From contig CAXXUK010000001.1 in the NCBI GenBank assembly GCA_963665125.2, forward strand, positions 1,024,001 to 1,088,000: 64,000 bases of DNA. The letters are read 5' to 3'. Below the pieces are notes generated by a model that saw nothing but the letters and a program-made list of their open reading frames with translations, did not search any database and was not told where the DNA came from. This DNA is from an uncultured Desulfarculus sp. Lineage in GTDB: Bacteria; Desulfobacterota; Desulfarculia; Desulfarculales; Desulfarculaceae. Shown piece by piece: positions 8,843 to 19,077 of the stretch. A program made the translations under genes and the position numbers. The number at the start of each line of letters is the position of its first letter. The first letter of the stretch is position 1.

Positions 8843-10230
8843 AAAAGACAAGAATCATAATCATATCCGTCTTGGCAATGCTGCTTGCGGCGGGCGCTGC
8901 CCTGGCGGAGATGCAGATGTACACGCTGGATATGCAGGCCGGTCAGTCAAAGCTCCTGGACCTGCGAAAGAGCGTAAAACGGATCAGCGTGGCTGATGAA
9001 AAAATCGCCGATGTGCTGGTGATCAGCCCTCGCCAGATCTATGTGAACGGCAAGGCCGCCGGCAACACCAACATCACCGTCTGGGGCTCGGGGAGCGATG
9101 TAATCGCAACCTATTACGTCAAGGTTCGCCGTGACCTGACTAGGCTCAAGGCCGCCTATTCCAGGATATTCCCTGGTGAGGCCATCAAGGTCTACGAGCT
9201 TGAAGGCGCGGTGGTCATCGCCGGAACCGTCTCCAGCGAAGCCAACAAGACCAGGGCCGAGGAAGTGGCCAAGATATATGAAAAGGAACGGGTCACCAGC
9301 CTCCTGGAGGTGGAAAACCAGAAGCAGGTGCTGTTGAAGCTGCGCTTCGCCGAGGTCAACCGCCAGGCGGCCAAGCGCTTTAACATCAACCTGGGTTATT
9401 GGGATTGGGCCAACCCCGGCAACATCTTCTTTACGTTCCTGGACGGCTTGACCGGCCCGCCGGAAATAGACTATGCCAACCGGTCGATTGAATACGATTT
9501 TTCAAACAAGCTGGGCGCCTGGGCCGGTACAGGTCACGGCACCCAACGTTTCATGGCCTTTTTGGATATTTTAAAGCAAAACGGCTTGGCCAAGATTCTG
9601 GCCGAGCCCAACCTGGTCTGCGTCTCCGGCCAAAAGGCCAACTTCCTGGCCGGCGGCGAGTTCCCGATTCCGGTGCCCGGCAAGGACTACACGGCCATTG
9701 TTTTCAAGAAGTATGGCGTTCAGTTGACCTTTACCCCCAAGGTCCTTTCCAACGGCAAGATCAATCTGCAGGTCGAGCCCGAGGTTAGCGAACTGGACTA
9801 TACGCCGGGCGTGGTCACCGATGGTTTTGCCGTCCCCGGTCTGACGACCCGCAAGGCCTCCACCCAGCTTGAACTCACGGACGGACAGGGATTTGTAATC
9901 GCCGGCCTGCTCAAGCAGGATGTATCGCGCACCATATCAAAGTGGCCGCTGTTGGGCGATTTGCCCATCATCGGCGCTTTGTTCCGCAGCACGGCGTTTC
10001 AAAACCGGGAAACCGAGTTGCTGATCGTGGTCACTCCGATGATCGTGCGGCCCGGAATGCAACAACCGACCCAGCTCATCAAGCAAAAAGACTTTGAAGA
10101 GCCAGACGACGTTGATTTCTATGTCTGGGGCAAGACCGGACTGGAAGATGACGTGCCCGCATACCGCCGTAAGAGCGAAGACCGGCTCATGGAGATGGAA
10201 GGGAAATTCGGCCATGAGGTTGTTTACTAA
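8839..10230 (+). CDS. cpaC: Tad secretin CpaC/RcpA
   Basis: Signal peptide; ILAEPNL, FLAGGEFPIP, PLLGDLPIIGALFRS, ETELLIVVTP. Confidence 0.95.
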   Translation: MKKTRIIIISVLAMLLAAGAALAEMQMYTLDMQAGQSKLLDLRKSVKRISVADEKIADVLVISPRQIYVNGKAAGNTNITVWGSGSDVIATYYVKVRRDLTRLKAAYSRIFPGEAIKVYELEGAVVIAGTVSSEANKTRAEEVAKIYEKERVTSLLEVENQKQVLLKLRFAEVNRQAAKRFNINLGYWDWANPGNIFFTFLDGLTGPPEIDYANRSIEYDFSNKLGAWAGTGHGTQRFMAFLDILKQNGLAKILAEPNLVCVSGQKANFLAGGEFPIPVPGKDYTAIVFKKYGVQLTFTPKVLSNGKINLQVEPEVSELDYTPGVVTDGFAVPGLTTRKASTQLELTDGQGFVIAGLLKQDVSRTISKWPLLGDLPIIGALFRSTAFQNRETELLIVVTPMIVRPGMQQPTQLIKQKDFEEPDDVDFYVWGKTGLEDDVPAYRRKSEDRLMEMEGKFGHEVVY

Positions 10231-11236
10231 GCTGCAAAAACTGTGGCGGACCGAGCGTGGCGCCGTGGCCGTAATAACGGCCGTGGCCCTCACCGGCCTG
10301 GTGGCGCTCACGGGCGCGGCGGTTGATTTGGGCGTGGTCTATTCGGCCCGCAGCGAACTGCAAAACGCCACCGACGCCGCGGCCATGGCAGGCGCCGCCG
10401 AGTTGGTCTCCGACACCAATGGTGACCAGATAGTGGAAACCAACTATTCGGGGGCAAGGGATTCAGCCATTGGGTTTGTCGAATCCAATACGATGGTCAC
10501 CGAAGGCCTGGTCTGGAACGAGGAAATCGATCTGTATGAGGCAGGCCTGTGGGATTTTGACCTGGATGACTTCTCCAAGTTGGGCGACAGCGCCGACCCC
10601 GACGACCTCAACGCGGTGCGGGTGAGCATGCAACGGCCCGTGAACATGCTTTTCGCCAAGGTCGTTGGTCTTGATCAGGTCCAGGTGGGCGTTTCATCCA
10701 CGGCTTTTTTGGGTTGCGCCGGCAGCGGCGGCAAGGCCGATCTGCCCATCGCCATCAATGATGACGTGCTTGATTCGCTGGGCCCCAATGACGACATCGT
10801 ACTCAACAGCGAGAACGAGGAAAACGGCCAGTGGACCTCGTTTTTCACCTGGCCCACCAACAAGAACACCATCGATTATTACATGGATAATCCGGACGAG
10901 ATTCCCCAACTCAATGTTGGTGATGAGATTGCCATGAACAACGGCGAAATCACGCCGCTGTTCGGTTCGCTGGAAGCTCTGTTCGAGGAAAACAAGGGTC
11001 CCGATGGAACATGGCACGTCATGTTGCCGGTGGTGGATTGGGAGCCGCCGCAAAATGAAGGAACGGTGGTTGGTTTCGTCAGCTTCGTGATTACCGAGGT
11101 CGTGGGGCCGGGAGGGCCCGACAGCAAGAAGATCGTGGGCTATTGGGACAATGATCATCAGCTTGAGGCGCCCGGCGCGGTGGGCAACGGCGCCTGCTAC
11201 GGCGTGCGCGCCGGACGGGCAACCCTGATCCGCTAG
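10214..11236 (+). CDS. tadG: TadG-like pilin-domain protein
   Basis: ERG|AVAVI N-terminus; ELQNATDAAAMAGA Tad motif; ATG 10214 preferred over the ORF-track start. Confidence 0.8.
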   Translation: MRLFTKLQKLWRTERGAVAVITAVALTGLVALTGAAVDLGVVYSARSELQNATDAAAMAGAAELVSDTNGDQIVETNYSGARDSAIGFVESNTMVTEGLVWNEEIDLYEAGLWDFDLDDFSKLGDSADPDDLNAVRVSMQRPVNMLFAKVVGLDQVQVGVSSTAFLGCAGSGGKADLPIAINDDVLDSLGPNDDIVLNSENEENGQWTSFFTWPTNKNTIDYYMDNPDEIPQLNVGDEIAMNNGEITPLFGSLEALFEENKGPDGTWHVMLPVVDWEPPQNEGTVVGFVSFVITEVVGPGGPDSKKIVGYWDNDHQLEAPGAVGNGACYGVRAGRATLIR

Positions 11237-11248
11237 GAGGTATTTACG

Positions 11249-12394
11249 GTGGAAAACGTTCCATCCAAAGTTTTGGCCCTGCATTTTTCCAAGAAGGCGG
11301 GGCGGGTCATAGAAGGCCTGGTTGCCGATTCACCGTTCGTGGATATGCTCGGAAACGAAAGCTCTCTGGCGGATTTCGAGCAGACCGCCATATCAAAACG
11401 CCCGGAAATAATAATCATTGAGCATGAAAAAGAGTCCGGCAATTTTTCCGACGTGGTCAAGCAGCTGCGTGTGCGCCATCCCCTTTGTTCGGTCATCGCC
11501 ATTGCCCAGGAAAAAGACCCTGACGGCATCATTGAGGCCATGCGTGTCGGCGTCAACGAATACCTGATAAACGACCAGTCCATAGGCGACACCTTCAGGG
11601 AAGCCCTGTTGCGGCTGCGTTCGGACAAGATCACCGAAGGCGACGACCTGGGCGGCAGAATCATCGGCGTCATGGGCGCCAAGGGCGGAGTTGGGGTCAG
11701 CCACCTGGCCATAAACATCGCCTGGGCCATGAGCCAAACCGAAGGCATGCGCGTGGCCCTGGTGGACCTGGACCTTTTCGGCGGCAATCAGGCGTTCATG
11801 CTCGATCAGGAACCGTCACGGGACTGGAGCGATGTGGTTGCCGAGACCGAGGAGATTACGCCTTCGCGCATGGAGCGCTTTTTGGAGGAAATCGCTCCGG
11901 GCCTGCGTCTTCTGGCTGCCCCGGAAGATCCCTCCGATGCCGAAGTCGTCGGCGCGGATCATGTGATAACGGTTTTGTCGGCCCTGGCCCGAAACCATTC
12001 CATTGTCATAGTGGATCTGGGCGACGGCCTGGAAGAGACGACCCTGGCGGCCATGGACCTGGCCGAGCGGGTGCTGCTGGTGGTGGAGCCTTCCCTGGTT
12101 GGCCTCAAGAGCGCGGTGCGCATCTGTTCGCTGGGCCGCAGATTGGGCCACGGCGAAAACAAGGTCAGGCCGGTGATAAACCGTTCCAATGCCAAACGTT
12201 CCATTGCCTTCCGAGATGTGGAATCCGTGCTGGGACGAAAGGTCTTGGCCTGGCTTCCCAACGATCACAACACGATAGTTGAATCTAGCAATATGGGCCA
12301 ACCGGCCCTGCGGCTGCGGCCAAAGGCAAAGTGGAGCAAGTCCGTGGCCGACTTGGCAAAAAAGGTTATCAGCCTCAACGGAGACGGTAAGTGA
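11249..12394 (+). CDS. cpaE: CpaE/TadZ (pseudo-receiver plus MinD-like domain)
   Basis: AMRVGVNEYL; deviant Walker A GAKGGVGVS; VALVDLD. Confidence 0.9.
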   Translation: MENVPSKVLALHFSKKAGRVIEGLVADSPFVDMLGNESSLADFEQTAISKRPEIIIIEHEKESGNFSDVVKQLRVRHPLCSVIAIAQEKDPDGIIEAMRVGVNEYLINDQSIGDTFREALLRLRSDKITEGDDLGGRIIGVMGAKGGVGVSHLAINIAWAMSQTEGMRVALVDLDLFGGNQAFMLDQEPSRDWSDVVAETEEITPSRMERFLEEIAPGLRLLAAPEDPSDAEVVGADHVITVLSALARNHSIVIVDLGDGLEETTLAAMDLAERVLLVVEPSLVGLKSAVRICSLGRRLGHGENKVRPVINRSNAKRSIAFRDVESVLGRKVLAWLPNDHNTIVESSNMGQPALRLRPKAKWSKSVADLAKKVISLNGDGK

Positions 12395-13758
12395 GTTTAC
12401 GGCAGAGGCTTGGCAAGGCGCCCGCCGGGGATGTGAATACGCCCACGACCCCGGAAGACGATGAACGTCAGGCCGCATATCAGCAGCTTAAGGGACGGAT
12501 GCACTACAAGGTCATCGACAAGGTCGACCTGGCCCAGTTGTCGCAGAACCTTGACGCATCGGTCGACAAGGACCTGGAAACGGCCATCGCCCAGGTCTTG
12601 GATGCCGAGGACACCCAGCTGGGCCCGGAAGAACGCCAGCGCCTGATCCTGGAAATCAAGGATGAAGTGCTGGGCCTGGGGCCCCTGGAGCCGCTGCTCG
12701 CCGACGAGAGCATCACCGAGATCATGTGCAACCGCTACAACATGATCTATGTGGAACGCGGCGGCCGCCTGACCAAGGTGCCGGTCCGTTTCCGGGATGA
12801 CGCCCATCTGCTCAAGATCATCGACAAGATCGCCACCAGCGTGGGCAGGCGCATCGACGAATCTTCTCCCATGGTCGACGCCCGCCTGGCCGACGGCAGC
12901 CGCGTCAACGCCATCATTCCGCCCCTGGCCCTGGACGGACCTTCGCTGACCATTCGTAAATTCGCCAAGGACCCGCTCAAGGTTACTGACCTGATTCGTT
13001 TCGGCAGTTTTTCGCCGGAGTTGGCAAGGGTCATGGAGGGCGTGGTCCTGGCACGGCTAAACGTAATCATCAGCGGTGGTACCGGCTCGGGCAAGACCAC
13101 TTTGTTGAATGTGTTTTCATCGTTCATCCCCCACGACGAGCGCATCGTCACGATTGAGGACTCCGCAGAGTTGCAGCTTCAGCAGGATCACGTGGTGCGA
13201 CTGGAGACCCGGCCGGCCAACATCGAAGGTTCCGGCGAAGTGGCCATGCGCGACCTGGTCAAGAACAGCCTGCGTATGCGCCCGGACCGCATCGTCGTCG
13301 GCGAGTGCCGCGGCGGCGAAGCCCTGGACATGATGCAGGCCATGAGCACCGGTCACGACGGGAGTCTTACGACCGTCCACGCCAACAATCCCCGTGACTG
13401 CATCAGCCGTCTGGAGACACTGGTATCCATGGGCGGTTTGGATATCAGCGAAAAGGCCATCAGGCGGCAGATATCCAGCGCTGTCGACGTCATCGTGCAG
13501 GTCGCCCGCCTTTCCGACGGTTCCAGAAAGGTGACGAGCTTCTCCGAGGTTACCGGCATGGAAGGCGATATGGTGACCATGCAGGAGATTTTCAAGTTCA
13601 CCCAGACCGGCGTGGACGACCGCGGCAAGGTCCTGGGCGAATTCGGTCCCACGGGCATCAGACCCTCGTTCAGCCAGAAACTCAAGGCCCACGGCTTTGA
13701 CCTGGACAGCAATTTGTTTGGCGGGCCGGACCGCAGAATCGGGATGGGCTCTTTATGA
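12391..13758 (+). CDS. cpaF: Tad ATPase CpaF/TadA
   Basis: [38 protein letters not shown]. Confidence 0.97.
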   Translation: MSLRQRLGKAPAGDVNTPTTPEDDERQAAYQQLKGRMHYKVIDKVDLAQLSQNLDASVDKDLETAIAQVLDAEDTQLGPEERQRLILEIKDEVLGLGPLEPLLADESITEIMCNRYNMIYVERGGRLTKVPVRFRDDAHLLKIIDKIATSVGRRIDESSPMVDARLADGSRVNAIIPPLALDGPSLTIRKFAKDPLKVTDLIRFGSFSPELARVMEGVVLARLNVIISGGTGSGKTTLLNVFSSFIPHDERIVTIEDSAELQLQQDHVVRLETRPANIEGSGEVAMRDLVKNSLRMRPDRIVVGECRGGEALDMMQAMSTGHDGSLTTVHANNPRDCISRLETLVSMGGLDISEKAIRRQISSAVDVIVQVARLSDGSRKVTSFSEVTGMEGDMVTMQEIFKFTQTGVDDRGKVLGEFGPTGIRPSFSQKLKAHGFDLDSNLFGGPDRRIGMGSL

Positions 13759-14723
13759 TCTGGGTGTTGGCCATACTGGTGTTTTTCAGCGTTGCTCTGG
13801 TGGCGGTGTCCATCCGTCTGTTTATGAGCCCTGCCGAGGAAAACGCCCGTACCGCCACCAAACGCCGCTATGTGCAGCTAAAGCACGACGCTGTGCCGGC
13901 CGAAACCCATCTCGAGGCCATTCTCAGGGTCACAACCTATTCCGAGATCGGGTTCCTGGACCGGTTTTTGTCCGGCACCAGCCAGATTGCCAACCTTCAG
14001 GACCTGTTGGACAAGGCAGGCAACCCCATAAACCTGGGCACGCTGCTTTTGCTGTCCGCCACCCTGGCCATGGTCGGGGCTCTGGTGGGCGCGGTCATGG
14101 GATTGGGCTGGGCCACCTTGATTCCGTTTTTCCTTCTCGGCGCCTTGCCTTACATGGCGGTCTCCAAGATCAAGCAAAAGAGGCTCGATGTTTTCGAGTC
14201 CCAGTTCCCCGAAGCGGTTGAACTGGTGGCCAGGGCCCTGCGGGCCGGTCACGGCTTCAGTTCGGGCCTGCGCATGGTAGGCGAGGAGATGTCCGAGCCG
14301 GTGGCCAGTGAATTCGTCAAGACCTTTGAAGATTATTCTTTCGGCAAGACCATGGAAGAGGCCCTGCATGGGCTGGTGCAGCGGGTCGAGTTGGAAGACG
14401 TCAAGTTCTTCGCCAGCGCGGTCAGCCTTCAGCGTGAAACGGGCGGCAATCTCACCGAAATCCTGGACAACATCAGCTACATCATTCGCGAGAGATTCAG
14501 GCTTCAGCGCACAGTCAAGGCTCTGTCGGCCGAGGGCCGTCTTTCCGGCTGGATTCTTTCCTTGATGCCTCCTGCTCTGCTTCTGATGCTCTGGTGGGTC
14601 TCGCCGGACTACATCAACATGGCCATGAACCACCCCATCGGCCAAACCATGCTGGTTATCGGCGCGGCTTTCGAGGTCCTGGGCATTGTGGTTATCAAGC
14701 AGATCATTAAGATGAAGGTCTAA
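13755..14723 (+). CDS. tadB: Tad platform protein TadB
   Basis: QFPEAVELVARALRAGH; QRETGGNL; LSAEGRLS. Confidence 0.93.
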   Translation: MIWVLAILVFFSVALVAVSIRLFMSPAEENARTATKRRYVQLKHDAVPAETHLEAILRVTTYSEIGFLDRFLSGTSQIANLQDLLDKAGNPINLGTLLLLSATLAMVGALVGAVMGLGWATLIPFFLLGALPYMAVSKIKQKRLDVFESQFPEAVELVARALRAGHGFSSGLRMVGEEMSEPVASEFVKTFEDYSFGKTMEEALHGLVQRVELEDVKFFASAVSLQRETGGNLTEILDNISYIIRERFRLQRTVKALSAEGRLSGWILSLMPPALLLMLWWVSPDYINMAMNHPIGQTMLVIGAAFEVLGIVVIKQIIKMKV

Positions 14724-14726
14724 ATC

Positions 14727-15662
14727 ATGGATATGTTGACGCTAATCATAATCGGTCTGGCCATATCCGCCGCCATGGTCGTGATCCTCCTGGCCATGGC
14801 CCTTTACCAGTTGACCAAGGGCGCCGACGCCGATGAACGCAGGTTGCAGGGCCTGCGCATGAGCGGGAAAAAGGCCGACAAGAAAAAGAGCGGCGTCAAG
14901 CGCATCAAGCAGCGACTGGTGGAAATCGCCAAGATCGCCGCGCCCAAATCGGACAAGGCCCAAGCCTGGGAAAAGAGCAAGCTGCGCGACGAACTGGTGA
15001 CCGCCGGGTTCCGTTCGGTTGATGCACTCAACATATTTATAGGCATCCGCATAGCCGCTTTGATCCTTCTGCCGGCCATTACCTTTGCCGTGGGTATATT
15101 CAACAACACCCGTCAGCCGGCCCTGTTGATTTCAACAATGGTCGCCGCCGCCGCGGGTTACATCCTGCCGGGCTACATCCTGGAAAAGAAGGCGGCTGCC
15201 CGGGCAGCCAGGATTGCCTCACAGATGCCGCAGATGCTGGACCTGTTGGTTATCGCCGTTGAGTCCGGCCTTGGCCTGGACGCGGCCGTGCAGCGTGTCA
15301 GCAAGGACATCGTCCAGTCCAGTCCTCTTCTGGCCCAGGAACTGGCTATCTTTTCGTTGGAATTGAAACTGGGCGCCAGCAGGGCGGACGCCCTGCGCAA
15401 CCTGGCCAAGCGTTGCGGCGTGGATGAAATGGGCTCCTTGGTGGCCATGTTGATCCAAGCGGACAGGTTCGGCGTCAGCGTCGGCCGTTCCATAAGGGTT
15501 TTCTCCGATGAAATGCGCACCAAGCGTCGCCAGCAAATGGAAGAAAAAGCGGCCAAGATACCCTTGAAGCTGCTGTTTCCCGTCTTGTTCATGATTTTTC
15601 CGGCCATCATGGCGGTCATGGCCGGACCGGCGTTAATCAATATCATGGAGAACATGTTTTGA
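14727..15662 (+). CDS. tadC: Tad platform protein TadC
   Basis: LDLLVIAVESGLGLDAA; EEKAAKIPLKLLFP. Confidence 0.93.
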   Translation: MDMLTLIIIGLAISAAMVVILLAMALYQLTKGADADERRLQGLRMSGKKADKKKSGVKRIKQRLVEIAKIAAPKSDKAQAWEKSKLRDELVTAGFRSVDALNIFIGIRIAALILLPAITFAVGIFNNTRQPALLISTMVAAAAGYILPGYILEKKAAARAARIASQMPQMLDLLVIAVESGLGLDAAVQRVSKDIVQSSPLLAQELAIFSLELKLGASRADALRNLAKRCGVDEMGSLVAMLIQADRFGVSVGRSIRVFSDEMRTKRRQQMEEKAAKIPLKLLFPVLFMIFPAIMAVMAGPALINIMENMF

Positions 15663-16582
15663 TAAGTTCTGGCTACATGGAGAAGTCAGGGGCGTCGGAG
15701 CAGACGCCGGAGGAATTCCTGACCGGTTGTCTGGGGTGTGCCCTAGACGATCTGCCCACTTTGCCCGATGTCGCCATGCGCATCATGCACCTGACGGCAT
15801 CCGATGAACATACCGCAAAGGAACTGGCCCATGAGATCGGCCAGGACCCTTCGTTGGCCTCAAGGGTTCTGAGGGCGGCAAATTCACCTTTTTTTGGCTA
15901 TTTGGCCAAGGTGGAAGACCTCAACAGGGCTGTTGTGCTGATGGGTTTCGACGAAGTCCGCAACATAGCCATGGGCATTGCCGCCTTTGAAAGCGTCCGC
16001 ACTAAAAGGGCGCTGCGTAGGCGCATGCAGCGCAACAATCTTTGGGCCCATTCTCAGCACGTCGGCATATTGGCCGAATTGCTGGGCAAACACGTGCTAG
16101 GGCTGGGCAACGGCTACTATGTCTCGGGCCTGCTCCACGATATCGGCAAGGTAGCCCTGGACGCCCACCGCCCCGAGGAATTCGACAGGGTCTTGGATGT
16201 GGTTGCCAGGGGCCGTGTGGACTGGATGACGGCCGAACGCGAAATCATGGGCATTGATCACGGCCTGGTCGGGGGGGCGCTGTTGGAGTATTGGAATTTT
16301 CCTGCCAACTTGGTTGCCGCCGCCGCTGGGCACCACGAGCCGTGGAACATGGGCGACAAGGCGCGCAGCGCCGGTTTGGTATTTATTGCCGACATCCTGG
16401 CCCAATTGGATAAATTCAACGTGGGTGGAGCGCCAAAGAGCCTGCCCAAAAGGCTGCCCCTGGGCGGGCCCGTGAATGAGTTTTTAACCAACATGGGTTG
16501 GTCCATCAACGATCAAGTGTTGGAACATCTCGGCGATTTGCTGCGGGAGAACAGCGGCGGATTCGAGCCGGTCAATATTTAA
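15659..16582 (+). CDS. HDOD-domain protein (start TTG 15659 or ATG 15677)
   Basis: LPTLP, DPSLASRVLRAANS, WAHS, GLLHDIGK, WNFP, HHEP. Confidence 0.92.
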   Translation: MISSGYMEKSGASEQTPEEFLTGCLGCALDDLPTLPDVAMRIMHLTASDEHTAKELAHEIGQDPSLASRVLRAANSPFFGYLAKVEDLNRAVVLMGFDEVRNIAMGIAAFESVRTKRALRRRMQRNNLWAHSQHVGILAELLGKHVLGLGNGYYVSGLLHDIGKVALDAHRPEEFDRVLDVVARGRVDWMTAEREIMGIDHGLVGGALLEYWNFPANLVAAAAGHHEPWNMGDKARSAGLVFIADILAQLDKFNVGGAPKSLPKRLPLGGPVNEFLTNMGWSINDQVLEHLGDLLRENSGGFEPVNI

Positions 16583-16606
16583 TTCCTCCTGGAAAGGAGG
16601 CCCGGA

Positions 16607-18145
16607 ATGAATGGTGTAAAGAAATTCAATTTGGCGGCTGTGGCGATGTTGGTGTTGCTGGGCCTGGTTGCGGCCGGTTGCGCCAGCACCAAGGAGCCAA
16701 GGCTTCGCGGTTTCAATAACGATGAAGTCGAAACGCTCATGGCTGAACAGCGCGCCCGAATGAATATGGGCGATCCTGTCGTCAAGCCGTTGCAGGACTT
16801 GGGTGCATTGGAACGGCACGGCGATTCGATGGGCATGCGCGGTGAATATGCGGCGGCGTATTTTGAGTACGGTCGGGCCTTCAAAATGGCCAAGGAACAA
16901 GCCGACCAATTGCGCCTCCGCCGCAAGTTGGCCGTAACCAGCCTGCGCGGCGGCAACTTTGTCGAGGCTGAAAAACAGTTTGCCGCGCTGACCAAGATGG
17001 ATTCCGGAGACGGATTCGCTTGGCAGGGGCTCGGCCTTTCGCTGCTGTCCCAGGCGCGGCCCGATGATGCCATGGACGCTCTGGACAAGGCCGTGTCGCT
17101 TGATCCAAAACTGTGGAAGGCCCAAAACGGCAGGGGCATCATCCTGAACCGGCAGGGCAAGTCTGCTCAGGCCTTGACCGCCTTTGAACAGGCGTTGAAA
17201 TACCAGCGTAATTCCGCGGCGCTATACAACAACCAGGGCCTGGCCTACATGATGACCGGCCAGTTGAGCCAAGCCGCGGATTCGTTCCAGAAGGCCTTGA
17301 GGATCAATCCGGGCTATGTTCAGGCTAATAATAATCTTGCCTTGACCTTCTTCAAGCAGGGCAAAACGGAAATGGCTTTGCCTTTGTTCGAGAGAACTCT
17401 GGGCGCGGCCAAGGCCCACAACAACCTCGGTTGCCTGCTGGCTTGGCAAGGCCATTACGAAAAAGCGGCCCAGATGTTCAACTCGGCGGTGGAGATATCT
17501 CCGACCTATTATAAGTTGGCCGCCGACCATTATGAAGAGGTCAGGTACAAGGCCGACACCGCCGTTCCTGTCAAAAAGGGCGAGTTTAGGGGCAATACTT
17601 CGACCATGGCCGCCGTTAAAAGCACCAGCGCTCCTGATCAGCCCAAGGCCGCGACGCCTGAAAAGAAGGTCGCAGTGAAGGTCACGGCCAGCACGCCCAA
17701 GGATGCAAAGGCTGAACTGATCAACCGGGCCGCCGTCGTGCAGAGCATCAACTCCCTGCGGCCCACCGCGCCCAAGGCCAAGACAGTGGTAGCCCAACCG
17801 GCTGCCGAGCCCCCCAGGGACCCGGAGAAAAAGGCCGAAACCAAGGCTCCGGACGCGGAAGCGGAAGGCCATTTCATCCAGGTGGCGTCCATGTCCAGCG
17901 AGGCCCGGGCCCAAAGCTGCGTCAAATCATGGAGCAAGCGCGGGGTCCAGGGCAAGGTGGAGCAGTGGCAGGCCGCCAACGGCAAAACTTGGTACAGGGT
18001 TCTGTTGGGCCCGTTCAACACCAAGGCGGAAGCCGCGGCCAAGGCCGAGAAACTCAAAGGCCAGGGACGAATCAGGGAGTTCTTGTTGGTTGACCGCGGC
18101 ACATTGCCGCAAGACACGCCGACTCGGGCCATGGCCAGCCTATGA
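16607..18145 (+). CDS. TadD-like TPR lipoprotein with a C-terminal SPOR domain
   Basis: Lipobox LVAAG|C; several TPRs (AQNGRG, YNNQG, AHNNLG); Ala/Pro/Lys linker; SPOR FIQVAS...WYRVLLGPF. Confidence 0.85.
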   Translation: MNGVKKFNLAAVAMLVLLGLVAAGCASTKEPRLRGFNNDEVETLMAEQRARMNMGDPVVKPLQDLGALERHGDSMGMRGEYAAAYFEYGRAFKMAKEQADQLRLRRKLAVTSLRGGNFVEAEKQFAALTKMDSGDGFAWQGLGLSLLSQARPDDAMDALDKAVSLDPKLWKAQNGRGIILNRQGKSAQALTAFEQALKYQRNSAALYNNQGLAYMMTGQLSQAADSFQKALRINPGYVQANNNLALTFFKQGKTEMALPLFERTLGAAKAHNNLGCLLAWQGHYEKAAQMFNSAVEISPTYYKLAADHYEEVRYKADTAVPVKKGEFRGNTSTMAAVKSTSAPDQPKAATPEKKVAVKVTASTPKDAKAELINRAAVVQSINSLRPTAPKAKTVVAQPAAEPPRDPEKKAETKAPDAEAEGHFIQVASMSSEARAQSCVKSWSKRGVQGKVEQWQAANGKTWYRVLLGPFNTKAEAAAKAEKLKGQGRIREFLLVDRGTLPQDTPTRAMASL

Positions 18146-18158
18146 AATAAGAAAAGTG

Positions 18159-18206
18159 TGTTCTTGGGCCGCCCCACAAAGCCGGGACGGCCCAAGAACA
18201 ATTTTT
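18159..18206. terminator. Hairpin terminator between the convergent tad operon and thi4
   Basis: tgttcttgggccg / cggcccaagaaca perfect 13-bp inverted repeat followed by attttt. Confidence 0.8.
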
Positions 18207-18984
18207 ATTCGGCCAAGTGCCTGTCCACATCCAGGGCGGCCTTTTCGCCCGACAGCAACATTCCGCCGAACACCGGGCCCATACGATAGGAACCGAACAC
18301 CGCGTTGGCGCACATGCCAGCCGTATACACCCCGGGGAACGCCTCCTTGGTGTGGTTCAGGGTGTTGCTTTCCGCGATTTCAGCCCACATCGAACGCTCG
18401 CCTTCGACCTTGCCGCTGGGGGTCATCAGTTTGGCGTCGACCTTGCGGGAAATGACGTTGAGCACCTCCGAGTCATGGCCCGTGGCGTCGATGACCCATT
18501 TGCAGCGGATGGTCAGCGGGTCGATGTGCAGTCCGGCCATTTCCACCGGGCTCCAGTTGATGACCAGGCCGGTGACCCGGCTGTCGCGGACCATGACGTC
18601 TTCCACGCTTACCAGGTTGAAAATTTTCAGACCGGCCAGGCAGGCCTTGGAGGTCATGGTGCTGGTGCACATTACGCTGTCGGCCGTGAAGTAGCCCTTT
18701 TCATATTCCTGGGTAGGCACGCCAAGTTCATCCAGTATCCGTTTTGCTTCCTGTTGCACGACGATCTCGTTGAACATCATGCCGCCGCCCCACATGCCGC
18801 CGCCTATGGAAAGCTTGCGCTCGAACATGGCCACCTTGCGCCCGGCCTTGGCCAGCTTGTAGCCGGCCACAATACCCGATGGGCCGCCGCCGACGATGGC
18901 CACGTCGATGTCCAGATGATCCTGGAGCTTCTTGAAATAGGTGTCGACGATCGCTCTGGTGATAACAACTTCATCCAACATCAC
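18205..18984 (-). CDS. thi4: Sulfide-dependent (non-Cys) adenylated thiazole synthase Thi4; start 18984 or 18981
   Basis: [44 protein letters not shown] riboswitch upstream. Confidence 0.95.
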   Translation of the reverse strand: MMLDEVVITRAIVDTYFKKLQDHLDIDVAIVGGGPSGIVAGYKLAKAGRKVAMFERKLSIGGGMWGGGMMFNEIVVQQEAKRILDELGVPTQEYEKGYFTADSVMCTSTMTSKACLAGLKIFNLVSVEDVMVRDSRVTGLVINWSPVEMAGLHIDPLTIRCKWVIDATGHDSEVLNVISRKVDAKLMTPSGKVEGERSMWAEIAESNTLNHTKEAFPGVYTAGMCANAVFGSYRMGPVFGGMLLSGEKAALDVDRHLAE

Positions 18985-19010
18985 AATTCACCTTTCCGCC
19001 GGCCCTCGAT

Positions 19011-19047
19011 AAACGAAAGGCCAGCCTCCGCGGGGGGAAACCGGCCT
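19011..19047 (-). terminator. Putative riboswitch expression-platform terminator
   Basis: Minus strand aggccggtttcc-ccccgc-ggaggctggcct-ttcgttt, between the aptamer and the thi4 RBS. Confidence 0.55.
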
Positions 19048-19077
19048 AAAGCCAAAACCTGCTTATAAATGGCCCAG

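Noticed and set aside
11249..12394. CpaE with a degenerate Walker A and no receiver Asp, read as pseudogene decay
   Set aside because: These deviations are normal for CpaE/TadZ.
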